Shown here: positions 12,302-23,478 of the stretch, one piece after another | Layout of the letters: every line of letters begins with the position of its first letter | How positions within the stretch are numbered: the first letter of the stretch is position 1 | DNA from: Nemertoderma westbladi | Taxonomy: Eukaryota > Animalia > Xenacoelomorpha | DNA length: 51,286 nt | Assembly: GCA_032718475.1 (NCBI GenBank) | Contig: JAUCBJ010007296.1 | Location: 1 to 51,286, forward strand | Reading direction: 5' to 3' | The notes under the pieces: model-generated | What the model saw: only the letters and a program-made list of their open reading frames with translations | Database searches by the model: none | Told to the model about the DNA's origin: nothing | Translations under genes and position numbers: made by a program

Positions 12302-15130
12302 GCGCGTACTGCCACTAGTATGTCTCTGTTAGTTGAAACAAAATTGGAACATAATTGAAACAAATTAGGAGCCACGTAATGGTGTCCTACCTGCAATGCT
12401 ATGTATGCCAGTGAAACAAATTTGAAACAAATTAGGAGGGCCGTAATGATAGCCTACCGGAGAATTGGAACAATGATGGGCTACGGAGCTCAAAAAATTG
12501 GAACAATGTTAAGTATGCCAGTGAAACAAATTTGAAACAAATTAGGAGAGCCGTAATGATAGCCTACCGGAAGAATTGGAACAATGATGGGCTACGGAGC
12601 TGCCTGGGTTGTTTGGCTGAACCAGTGATGGCACGGATGAGGGGGTAAGAAAAGGGGGAAGGATCTAAAAATAGCACCCAATAGGAAGCTTCTAGCTTCT
12701 TGCATTGCTACGGCTACCGGTACCTTGCTTGGCCTCTAGGCTGGCTCTGGCATAACCCTTATTTTCGCATGCGAATAAAGGTAATGTTTTAAAGATCTGG
12801 TGTGTAAAACGCGTTTTTGTGCAGTGATGTTTACGATATTATAATTAAACTAACTGCACTAACTAGCTCACATTTATTTAATAATATATGGTAAAAAAAG
12901 CAACCAACCTATTAATTAATTACAATAATTTACAATAGTTATCGAATGTTCTAGGATGTAAATACTTAGCATTATTTTATAGGAAACGATTATAAAAAAA
13001 GGTTCTTGTAAAAAAGGTTTTGGCGAAAACTGCCCCTGCTTTCCGTTTTTGCAAATTTCTGGTACGGCATGATTGCTCCGAGAATGTTTGCCGTGTAGTC
13101 TGAATAAGGTAGATAAAGTAGGGGTGGGTGTGTTTGTTAGGTTCGGGCGGTCGGTGCGGGTAAATAGGGTGTGGGAGGGAGGGAGGGTGGGTAGGGGTAG
13201 GTGAGTGCGGGTAATTAGGTGTGTAGGTGTAGGGGAGGTTGGGTGTGGTTAAGTAGTCGTGCTTGCTTAGTTTGGTGTGTGGGTGCGGTTAAGTAGACGT
13301 GCTTAGGTTGGTGGGTGGGTGCAGTTAAGTAGGTGTGCTTAGGTGGGTGGGTGGGTGGGTGCGGTTAAGTCGATGTGCTTAGGAGGGTGGGTGGCCGGGT
13401 GCGGTTAAGTAGGTGTGCTTAGGTGGGTGGGTAGGTGCGGCTAAGTCGATGTGCTTAGGTGGGTGGGTGAGTGCAGTTAAGTAGTTGTGCTTAGGTAGAT
13501 GGGTGGGTGCGGTTAAGTAGACGTGCTTAGGAGGGTGGGTGGGTGCGGTTAAGTAGGTGTGTGGGTGGGTGCGGTTAAGTCGAAGTGCTTAGGTGGGTTG
13601 GTTGATTGTTTGCGGTTAAGTACACGTGCGGTTAAGTAGGTGTGCTTAGGTGGGTGGGTGGGTGCCGTTAAGTCGATGTGCTTAGGTGGGTGGGTGGGTG
13701 TGGTTAAGTAAACGTGCTTAGGTGGGTGGGTGGGTGTGTGCGGTTAACTATGTGTGCTTAGGTAGGAGGTGGGTGCGGGTAAGTATACGTGCTTAGGTGG
13801 GTGGGTGGGTTGGTGTGGTTAAGTACACGTGCTTATGTGGGTGGGTGGGTGCGGTTAAATCGATGTGCTTAGGTGGGTGCTGTTAACTAGGTGTGCTTAG
13901 GTAGGAGGTGGGTGCGGGTAAGTATACGTGCTTAGGTGGGTGGGTGGGTAGGTGTGGTTAAGTACACGTGCTTATGTGGGTGTGTGGGTGCGGTTAAGTC
14001 GATGTGCTTAGGTGGGTGCGGTTAACTAGGTGTGCTTAGGTAGGAGGTGGGTGCGGGTAAGTATACGTACTTAGGTGGGTGGGTGGGTGTGGTTAGGTAC
14101 GTGCTTAGGTTGGTGGGTGGGTGCGGTTAACTAGGTGTGCTTAGGTAGGTGGGTGGGTGCGGGTAAGTATACGTGCTTAGGTGGGTGGGTGGGTGCGGTT
14201 AAGTCGATGTACTTAGGTGGGTGGGTGTTTGCGGTTAAGTAGACGTGCTTAGGTGTGTGGGTGGGTGCGGGTAAGTAGACGTGCTTAGGTGTGTGGGTGG
14301 GTGTGGTTAAGTAGACGTGCTGAGGTGGGTGGGTGGGTGCGGTTAAGTCGATGTGCTTTGGTGGGTGCGGTTAACTAGGTGTGCTTAGGTAGGTGGGTGG
14401 GTGTGGGTAAGTATACGTGCTTAGGTGGGTGGGTGGGTGCGGTTAAGTACACGTGCTTAGGTGGGTGGGTGGGTGCGGTTAAGTAGACGTGTTTAGGTGG
14501 GTGGGTGGGTGCGGGTAAGTAGACGTGCTTAGGAGGGCGGATGGGTGCGGTTAAGTAGGTGTGCTTAGGTGGGTGGGTGGGTGGGTGTGGTTAACTAGAC
14601 GTGCTTAGGTTGGTGGGTGGGTGCGATTAAGTAGACGTGCTTAGGAGGGTGGGTGGGTGCAGTTAAGTACTTGTGCTTAGGTAGGTGGGTGGGTGTGGGT
14701 AAGTATACGTGCTTAGGTTGGTAGGTGGGTGTGGTTAAGTAGGTGTGCTTAGATGGGTGGGTGGGTGCGGTTACGTCGATGTGCTTAGGAGGGTGGGTGG
14801 CCGGGTGCGGTTAAGTCGACGTGCTTAGGTGGGTGGGAGGGTATGTGTAAGTAGGTATGTAGGAATGGGTATGTATGGTTAAGTACAGTAGGTGTGTAAT
14901 GATACAGTAGGTGGGTGGGGGGGGGGGGGGGGGGTAAGTTTAGCCACTATTAAGTAGTATTATCACTTCTCAATAAGGTAGACAGCTGTATGTTTACAGT
15001 ATAGAACGGTCGTAAAATAGAGGCGTCCCATTGGATGCTATTTATAGATCCATACCCCTTTTCTTTCCCCCTCTTCCCCCTTTTCTTACGCGCTCTTACC
15101 CCCAGCACAGAGAAGATCTTCCCCCAGCTC
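12302..15130. mobile_element. 2.8-kb non-coding insertion flanked by a CTTTGT duplication, carrying a G-rich satellite
   Basis: ctttgt at 12296-12301 and 15131-15136; imperfect subterminal inverted repeats 12639-12694 / 15018-15103; direct repeat with about 110-bp period at 12403-12601. Confidence 0.75.
13117..14895 (+). repeat. G-rich minisatellite, about 36-bp unit
   Basis: Unit gtgcttaggtgggtgggtgggtgcggttaagtagac with variable (GGGT)n; extreme G/T strand skew. Confidence 0.95.
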
Positions 15131-15508
15131 CTTTGTAGGCTATCTTAAGATCTTCTCTCTTACAAATAACCTCATAGTTTTGCCATGGCACATACTGTTT
15201 TCGTTTGTGTTTCTGGGGGTATATGCCTCTTAGCTGATTCATTGTGGGCTGTTATTATATTCTGGTACATTGAATCGGTGGATTGGTCTTCATCCATTTG
15301 ACTGAAGTGTTTCAAAGCGGTTTTGAACTTCTACTGTGTAAGCATCCTTTACAGCATTGTCAGTTCTGAGTTTCTCCCAGTCATAGTTGATTTGCTGGGT
15401 TTGCTGGCTCTCAAACTGAGTCTGATCTCTTGGCTCTGCAGTCACAATTATGTGGTCCGAACCAATTAGGTTGAACGAGCTGTATGCCTCGCAGTTGATC
15501 ATGCTGTC
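15131..15508 (-). mobile_element. RTE-clade LINE, endonuclease end and linker (upstream half of the same copy)
   Basis: NCEAYSSF..IGSDH..V (APE C-terminus), VEVQNRFETL, VPWQ...KREDLKIAYK; joins in frame to 12295 once the insertion is removed. Confidence 0.85.
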
Positions 15509-16414
15509 ATGTTTTTATAAACTACAGTACATGTGTACAAAGTTTGGTTCCTTTTCATCAAAGATAAGATAGACAGACTTATTACAGTTCAAATAGTTCC
15601 GACAACAAGGACGACAGACAGACAGGTTCACTAATTATACCCCTACCGCCTACCCTAAGGCTCACCTGGACTTCAGTGGCTCGCCCTACAATCATCATCC
15701 AAATGCGTGATTCATTTTTACTAACTTTTAAGAACCGCATTGCCATTCTATTAACTGTTGCTGTTAGTGTCGCTCCCTGGAAGAGGAGCTTTGGCAAGCT
15801 AAAGTTAATCAAGAAGTACCGGTACCTATCTACATACAGTAGCAGCAGCATTACCGACGGACTGACAAACTTGGTTATTCTCTCCAACGGAAAGGCGACA
15901 TTTGGCTTGATCAATTTTTATCTTGAACAATTAATAATATATCATTTGCTGAGATGAAGGTTAGAAAACGAGGGTTGAATTTTGTGAACATATTCAAGTT
16001 TATATATTTGCATTTAGTATTATTACTAGTATATAGGCGCCACATATTAATTTTCTCATTATAATTACCAAACATTCCCTGGGCGCACGAATACCTCAGC
16101 ACACCACCAGTGGTTAGCCGCAATAATTACATTTGGGTTTCCCCGAAAAATGTGAAATATAATCAAAATGTGAGCGCTTTTTCTTATCTATTCTATAAAA
16201 CTGTTTAAGTTAAGGATTATCGACACATTCATGTATGTACTTTTTAAAACTCCCTCAGTAATTTACACTTCCTATACCTAAAATTACCTGAGGTAAGAAA
16301 CAATAATTAATAACACCGTACTATGCTCTAACTAACCATAGGAGCTGATGACTTTGGCCTTTGGATAAGGTGTTCGTTAGCGTGTGCCCTGCCTTTATTG
16401 TAGGCCTATTTCAT

Positions 16415-16515
16415 TAAATATTGGCTGTCGTTATTGTAGCAGGCCATGATTGTAGTAGCCAATACGGAAGAGGGCCTAATTGGTTGATTAAATTGGTATC
16501 CTAGCAACCAATATA
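16415..16515. promoter_or_regulatory. Cluster of CCAAT boxes, possible promoter of the CerS-like gene
   Basis: Five CCAAT/ATTGG motifs and a CGGAAG within about 100 bp, roughly 0.9 kb upstream of the ATG; motif evidence only. Confidence 0.25.
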
Positions 16516-17365
16516 ACCAGATTCAATCATTGTTCATTTTATACTGTAGCATCAAACAACTTGTAATATTTATTATTACTCTTTTGATTGATATTGTGTT
16601 GTCTTATACTTATGTGTCTGCAAATTGATATTTATTTCAATCACATTCTCATAAACTATAATTTGATTTTATATTACCGTTTTTTATGGTATGTTTCCAT
16701 GCGCAGAATCAGAACCTATTACTTTTTTAACTTTACCTACATTGTTATGGTGTATTTCTTATTGTTCTACATAATGTATATAAATAAAATCTATCTAATT
16801 TTTCGTGATTATAACACCATTATGTTATTCACGCTCGTCCATTTATGAAGACTATTAAAAGTAGCGATTGGATAATATTATATTTAAATGTCTGTGGGAG
16901 TTTGAAATTTGTTCTGAAAAAATTTTTATTTATATAATTAATTTAATGTATAATGTAAATTTAATACATGTATTTAATGTATATAATTTAATGTTTCTAA
17001 TTTTTATTTGTTTATTCTAAAAGTTCGAATAATGAATTATTAGTATGGTGGGGTGGCCAAGAAGGGCCAAGATAAAAAAATATTTAATTTAGAGTTATAA
17101 AAAACCATATACACGATATAATTTCATGAATATGTCGTTTTTGTCTTTTATTTACTTGAAATGAAATATTTTTTAAGTTCTGGGCCACCATAAATTAGTG
17201 TGTAAAGCTTGCTTTTAAGTTACTTATTTATATAACATTCATAGAATAGAATATACTACTGAATAATATAAACATTTATAAAACAAGTGTATGAGGTTTA
17301 TAACAGCTGTGAGGCCTTGTGATTTACTACAATATTTAAATAAATAAACTGATATTATTCTTTAA

Positions 17366-18568
17366 ATGGATGCTTATAATATCTCGCTGAGTCAATGGTT
17401 CTGGGACCCAGTGTTTTGGCTCCCACCTTCCCCCGCAATCCAAATGGCGTGGCATTACATGGCCACCCATTCCTGCATACGAACTTACTACCCAATACCT
17501 ATAGATCTACTAAAACGCGGTTTACCTTTCGCTATCGTTCTACTCGTTATCCGACTTCTACTTAGTCGTTTTGTTTTCCGAGCCTACGCGAAGTACCTCC
17601 GTGTTAGTGGCTCCACCTCCCACCAAGATCACGTGGAAAACCAAGGATACCAACCCATTCTAGAATCTAAATTCGCAATCAATAACTACATTAGCGGCAG
17701 CGAAGTTGAGGAATTATCCAATAGGCTTGGGATTACAGATATCCAGATTCGTGATTGGTTCGCGAACCGACGCAGAAGAGGCCAATTCAGCCAATTAGAA
17801 AAGTTTAACAACAACCTGTGGCTTTTCCTGTGCCGTTCAGTTTTAAGCTTTTACGGTATTTTGGCACTTGCTGGGCGAGAATTTTCTAAAACCTCTCGAT
17901 TGAAGACGGTTTGGATTGGATACCCTAGGCATCCAATAAGCGAGGCGATTTACGAGTTTTATATGCTGGAAATCGCTTTCTACGCCTCCCAAATAATAAC
18001 CTCATTACGTCACGCAAACAAGAGAGGCGTGAAGTTAGAAATTCTATACGATAGTATCATTCTCTCAATGTCTATTGCGGCTTGGGTCTGTAATTACCAT
18101 CGTATGATGTGCCTCATCCTATTGGCTATAGATGTTGGCCAACCAGGACGGCATCTGGCTAAGGTATTCCATTACGCCCATTTCGATGTACCGGCTACCT
18201 TCACTTATATTGTCCAACTTACCATCTACGCTATCTTTACTGTTTACGCATTCTCCTTCCACATTTTTGTAACCGCCACGATTAGTTTCACTGAGATCTT
18301 CCACGTCATTAACTGCCCACTCAGTTACTATGGTTACAGGGCCAGCGAGAGGGGCGGCGAAGTCGCGGTACCTAGTAACCATGAATACAACTCCACCGAC
18401 TTGGTTGCCTTGCCTAGTAACCATGCCTACTACTACGCATTGGTCTCGCTTATCTTTCTCGTTTGTTACCACGTGGTTACCTTGGCAACCAACACGTGGA
18501 TGTTATTGAGGATTTTAATTCACGCGAAGATTCACGGCTTACAAGCGGAGGAGAAAAAAGTTAATTAA
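17366..18568 (+). CDS. Ceramide synthase (LASS/CerS)-like membrane protein, homeodomain plus TLC/Lag1 domain, intronless, probably catalytically inactive
   Basis: 400 aa. N-terminal WFWDPVFWLPP, a TM helix, homeodomain ending WFANRRRR, LEKF...W, WIGYPRHP...FYMLEIAFY, a Lag1-like segment ending LAKVFHYA, further TM helices, C-terminal KKVN. Confidence 0.9.
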   Translation: MDAYNISLSQWFWDPVFWLPPSPAIQMAWHYMATHSCIRTYYPIPIDLLKRGLPFAIVLLVIRLLLSRFVFRAYAKYLRVSGSTSHQDHVENQGYQPILESKFAINNYISGSEVEELSNRLGITDIQIRDWFANRRRRGQFSQLEKFNNNLWLFLCRSVLSFYGILALAGREFSKTSRLKTVWIGYPRHPISEAIYEFYMLEIAFYASQIITSLRHANKRGVKLEILYDSIILSMSIAAWVCNYHRMMCLILLAIDVGQPGRHLAKVFHYAHFDVPATFTYIVQLTIYAIFTVYAFSFHIFVTATISFTEIFHVINCPLSYYGYRASERGGEVAVPSNHEYNSTDLVALPSNHAYYYALVSLIFLVCYHVVTLATNTWMLLRILIHAKIHGLQAEEKKVN

Positions 18569-18772
18569 ATTGTTTTATTGACTTTATTAGTTTTCCTTAT
18601 TGTGGCTGTTTTTGTTGTTGTTGTTTTATTTGTATCAGTTTGTTATTGTGACTGTTTTGTCTCCTGAGCATACTGCATATCGTGTGTCTGACTCTGACAT
18701 GAGTTTTTTTGTTCTATTATGTCTACTGTTTGTAAAAGTGTGTACTATAAATATTTTTTGTAATTTAAAAAA

Positions 18773-20529
18773 CGTAGGGTGAGTGAGGGATACTTGACTT
18801 TAGGGGAGACTTGATTTTTTTTAATAACTCAAAAACTATTGTAAATTATTTTAACAATACCACACAATAATGTGTAAAGTACATGTTGGCTACACCCGCG
18901 CAACAATGTTTTATTACCTTTTGGTTATTTTTTGTTTTATTGTCAATAAACGTTTTCTGGGTTCAAAAGTAAATTTTTACCCTTTACAACGAATGAAAAT
19001 TCGCATCCTTATTTCACTGTATGTTAATTGTAATTCACAACATGTGTTGACTAATTAATTATTGCACTAAGCTGCCATATATTGTTTTCCAGTTTTGGTT
19101 CAGCCGTTTTGAAATTATATCAATTAATATAAATAAAGCCCATGTGGGGAGACTTGACGTCCGAACTTGAAGCCTTCAATGCTGAAGTCTAAGAGAAGAA
19201 GTACTTTTAGCAATTAAATTAGGGAATTAATTAAAATTAGTTTAGCCTATGTTAATGGAGGATGGAGGAGGTCTTGTCGATGATTTTGGTTGAATGGGGT
19301 ATAAGTTAGAAGAAAAACGGATTACCTTATAGGCCTACTAACTTCCAAATGCAGAGCGGGGTGGGGCCACTAATGACTCGCGGGCACTAACGTCTCACTT
19401 GCAGACAAGGTTCTCAGGCACTAATGACTCGCGGGCACTAACGTCTCATTTGTAGACAAGGTCCTCGGGCACTAATGACTCGCGGGCACTAACGTCTCAT
19501 TTGTAGACAAGGTCCTCGGGCACTAATGACTCGCGGGCACTAACGTCTCACTTGCAGACAAGGTTCTCGGGCACTAATGACTCGCGGGCACTAACGTCTC
19601 ATTTGTAGACAAGGTCCTCGGGCACTAATGACTCGCGGACACTAACGTCTCATTTGTAGACAAGATCCTCGGGCACTAATGACTCGCGGGCACTAACGTC
19701 TCACTTGCAGACAAGGTTCTCGGGCACTAATGACTCGCGGGCACTAACGTCTCATTTGTAGACAAGGTCCTCGGGCACTAATGACTCGCGGGCACTAACG
19801 TCTCACTTCCAGACACGTTCCCGGGCACTAATGACTCGCGGGCACTAAAGTCCTGAGACATTAGTGCCCGCGGGCACTAACGTCTCGCGGGCACTAACGT
19901 CCCCCAATCAGTTAGTAGCCCGCCAACTGGGTGATTGACAGCTTAAACAAGATGCCACTTCGTCAGAAACGGCATACATCAATAGATTTACAGGAAAACA
20001 ATTAATGTGCCTGGGTTGAAAATTATACAAGATATTCATTAATAAAAAGTACCTTCCCGCGTTAAATTTTATTGCGATTTTAATTAACTGTTATTTATTT
20101 ATTTCTTGTTGGGAGAACCATGTGAACGACCACCTAAATTTGTATAAAATTCTGCATAATAATTTAACAATTTAACAATCGCATTTTTTGAAATTTTTCT
20201 GCTCTACTAGAAAATAGACATGTTGAAAATGTAATTATTACACTTCTTATGCATTTTTAACGAATTAGAAAATTATGCGAGGTGGGGTTCAAGTCTCCCA
20301 CCCTAGGTGTCAAGTCTCCCCCCATTGAGGGAGACTTGACGCTTTTTCGAAAATGCGAATAATTGGTTTAATTAAAAAAGTTTAAAAGTTGAAATTCTCA
20401 AACTCTCACATAATGATAGCAATCATAAATGTAATGTGAAAAAGTTAAAACGGCATTGAAAAATCCATTTATCTGTTCTTTAGAGCGGTTATAACTTTTG
20501 GGGTTCAAGTCTCCCTCACTCACCCTACG
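18773..20529. mobile_element. Non-autonomous DNA transposon with about 25-bp TIRs
   Basis: cgtagggtgagtgaggga(t/g)acttga at both ends, inverted; the motif gggagacttga recurs internally (about 18803, 19147, 20289-20339). Confidence 0.85.
19364..19905. repeat. 51-bp tandem array (about 10 units) nested in the DNA transposon
   Basis: Unit gggcactaatgactcgcgggcactaacgtctca(t/c)ttg(t/c)agacaaggt(c/t)ctc; ends in an inverted subunit (gagacattagtgcccgcgggcactaacgtctc). Confidence 0.95.
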
Positions 20530-21411
20530 GTGGTTAGCGCAATGAATATGATTACTTTTTATTTTTGCAGTAATAATAATATTTGCTGAATGAAAAATAG
20601 CACTTTACGTTCACTGAGCGAGCGCAGCGAGGAAGGTTTTCATGAATAATCGAGCGTTTTTAATTCTGAATGGCAACGGTAATGTAGTAGTAATGTGAAT
20701 GGCAGTGTAGCGCACAAGAGATAAGCGAGGCAAATAATAAACCTTTCCGCTGTACAAAACGGTTTCGGGAAATCGAAATAATACAAGGAAAGAATAAGAA
20801 ATAAGGGAAGACAAAACATTGTCCTACATATATAACCAAAGTTATATACCTAAAATAGGTATAACCAATAAATAAAGTAAAACCAAATACTTTCTGTATG
20901 GTGACCAAATGTTTTTGTTAACCTGGCATAGCTTTTCAATGTGCAGTTTCAATGCAGCAGGCCGATTATAGTAGTAGCCTACTGAAGTTTGTTGTAGCAT
21001 TGCATATGGCGTGCCCGTGAGTAATTCAAGGCATATGACATCATATCACTGCCAACATGACGTCCCTTACTCTATCTAACGTAACGTATGTCTAAAAGCA
21101 GTTGCAATGGCTAAACTCGGCTATATCTTTCTGAACTATGTATACTCCAACTAAGGCATACTCTATCTGTTCCTGCACTGTAATCATAATCTGTAACACT
21201 CCCTCCTTGTTTGGTTAAGCCTACAGTACAGTGTGTACTGTAAAAAAATATCTTATCTCTAAATCATAAGCTATCAAAATGTTATGTTGCGGACATAAAA
21301 TTTACATATATAAAATGTATTATAATAATACAATTTAAAATCCATATTATCTCATCTTACAGTATTACAAACAATATTAAATGTTTCCCGTACACATAGG
21401 GTTAATAAATT

Positions 21412-23478
21412 ATGGAACAACACATGGAACAACTTTTAAGATGTTCCATGTGTTTAGGAATTCTATACAATCCTCGTCGTTTGAGCTGCCAACACTCATC
21501 CTGTTATAACTGCATCATTCGAAGTATAGCCGAGAGCGGAGGTGATTGCTATGTAAAATGTCCCAAGTGTAAACTGATGACAGTTGTAAATGATGTAGAA
21601 TCATTGGCAGTAGATGAATTTGCTTCTTCATTTGTAGAGAAATTAAGAGATACTAAAGTCTGCGACTATTGTTCGACAGAAATAGGTACTACCCCGTGCA
21701 CAAATTGTCGCAGAGAGAGCTGTAAATATTGCACAACTTCTCACAAATGCGATGTTATTGTAGAACATAAAGAATCTTTCGCTACAGGGACTAGTTCAAA
21801 GTTAAATGAACTTTCTTCATGTGGTGTTCATAAGAAGACTAAACGTTATTACTGTACGGATTGTAAGATCTCGATATGTCGACGGTGTCATTCTGATAAT
21901 AAAATATATAAAAATCACAATACACTACCTTTTGCCAATTTCGTTGAGAGTTTGAAGAACAAATTACTGGCAAGTCTTGGCATTGCTAATTCCCGCATAC
22001 GTGTTAGATTATATGATTTAGATGAAGCTTTAGAAGTCTTGGAGGAATCAAGTAATGTTTGCCTGAGCGACATTGAAGAATATATCGATAGAGTCATATT
22101 CATTTTAAACGAATCGATGATTCGTTTGAAACAAAAGGTGTTAGAATTGAAAGTTGAAACAAACAATAAACTAATGCAATCCCAGAAACATCTAAGAAAG
22201 ATCAACATAACAGAACAAGTTGAAAGTTATTTAAAACTCGATTATTTGGATATAGTAAATGATATGTCCAAAATAGATGAAATTATAAGTTTGGTTGATA
22301 AATGTGAAGAAATTTCTGATAATATCAACAGTAGTGATACTGTTATTGAAGTTCCCGAAATAAAGTTCATGAGATTATCTGAGGATAACTTGATCGCAAG
22401 AGCTTTGGATTGCAGTATTTTAGGAACAATAGTAACAAATAAAGATGTCATTGAAAAACCAAGCGAGGATTGTCAGTTAGTTGAACATCCAGATACTGCA
22501 ATAATTAACAAAAATACTAGAGATTATGGAACACAGACACATTTTGATGGTGTTAACATAAATATTTATCAGAAAGAACTAATTGCTGAAATTAATCTAA
22601 CTGAAACTTGTAAAATTGATTGCAATGAGTTTGCTATATCCAATGTTGGATCATTAGGTTCAGACTGGCACAAAAGACTAGCTATTACTGACACCGATAA
22701 TAAATCCATTAGGTTTTATCAATTATTAGAAGAAGGTAATTCATTGTACGCGGATAGAGATCCAGTTGATCTCAAACAAAGCACTACTACATGTCAGTTT
22801 CCAAAGAAACAAATTATATTCTTACAGGGTTGGAATGATTATTGGTTAGCCGCCACGAAATATTGTATCTTCGGAATAAACAGGAAGAATTATGACGTCA
22901 TTGTGAAACATTTATGTGTTTATAGAGAATTGTTTAACGACATTCCGGTAGGAAATGTAGTAGGTGTTGGAATTAGTCGAGGAATGACTAATGTTGGATG
23001 GGTTGCTACTACTAACAATAATGTTATAACTATCGATACAAATGACCTCAAAGTTATTGATATAAGTTGTTTTAAACATCCTGGAAGATTAATCGGTTGT
23101 TGTGGCGATTATTTCGGTTTTTATCAATCGATAACCGGTCTATTAACTGTCTACTGGTATAAGAATGGCCCAGGTTGTAGTTCCACCGAGCCGTGGGAAC
23201 TGGGCGTGGCTTACAGTCCTATGGATTGCGAAAGATCGTTTCCTATTGGTGGATTCATTGAACTGCCCGGCCATTGGTTGGTTCCTTTCATGGAAGATTC
23301 TCACCATTGCATTGCTATTTACCCAGACAGTGGTGATTCGAATGAAGTACAGAGACTTGGTACTACAGTAGTAGATGGTTTCGCTGGCTTGGTGGGGTTT
23401 GCTGGGAGCGAAAAGTCTCCAAAAGGTTTCTTTGTATCTCATGTTAATTCTAATAAGTTGGCTTTCATTCGATTTTGA
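21412..23478 (+). CDS. Tripartite-motif (TRIM) E3 ubiquitin ligase-like protein: RING, two B-boxes, coiled coil, divergent beta-rich (NHL-like?) C-terminus; single coding exon
   Basis: 688 aa. C3HC4 RING CSMC..CQHSSCYNC..CPKC; B-box1 CDYC..CTNC..CKYC..H; B-box2 CGVH..CTDC..CRRC..H; heptad region; LAITDTDNKSIRFY resembles an NHL blade. Possible 5' UTR splice acceptor (catag/G) at about 21399. Confidence 0.9.
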   Translation: MEQHMEQLLRCSMCLGILYNPRRLSCQHSSCYNCIIRSIAESGGDCYVKCPKCKLMTVVNDVESLAVDEFASSFVEKLRDTKVCDYCSTEIGTTPCTNCRRESCKYCTTSHKCDVIVEHKESFATGTSSKLNELSSCGVHKKTKRYYCTDCKISICRRCHSDNKIYKNHNTLPFANFVESLKNKLLASLGIANSRIRVRLYDLDEALEVLEESSNVCLSDIEEYIDRVIFILNESMIRLKQKVLELKVETNNKLMQSQKHLRKINITEQVESYLKLDYLDIVNDMSKIDEIISLVDKCEEISDNINSSDTVIEVPEIKFMRLSEDNLIARALDCSILGTIVTNKDVIEKPSEDCQLVEHPDTAIINKNTRDYGTQTHFDGVNINIYQKELIAEINLTETCKIDCNEFAISNVGSLGSDWHKRLAITDTDNKSIRFYQLLEEGNSLYADRDPVDLKQSTTTCQFPKKQIIFLQGWNDYWLAATKYCIFGINRKNYDVIVKHLCVYRELFNDIPVGNVVGVGISRGMTNVGWVATTNNNVITIDTNDLKVIDISCFKHPGRLIGCCGDYFGFYQSITGLLTVYWYKNGPGCSSTEPWELGVAYSPMDCERSFPIGGFIELPGHWLVPFMEDSHHCIAIYPDSGDSNEVQRLGTTVVDGFAGLVGFAGSEKSPKGFFVSHVNSNKLAFIRF

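Noticed and set aside
13117-14895. Telomeric or interstitial TTAGG repeat
   Set aside because: TTAGG occurs once per ~36-bp unit and never in tandem.
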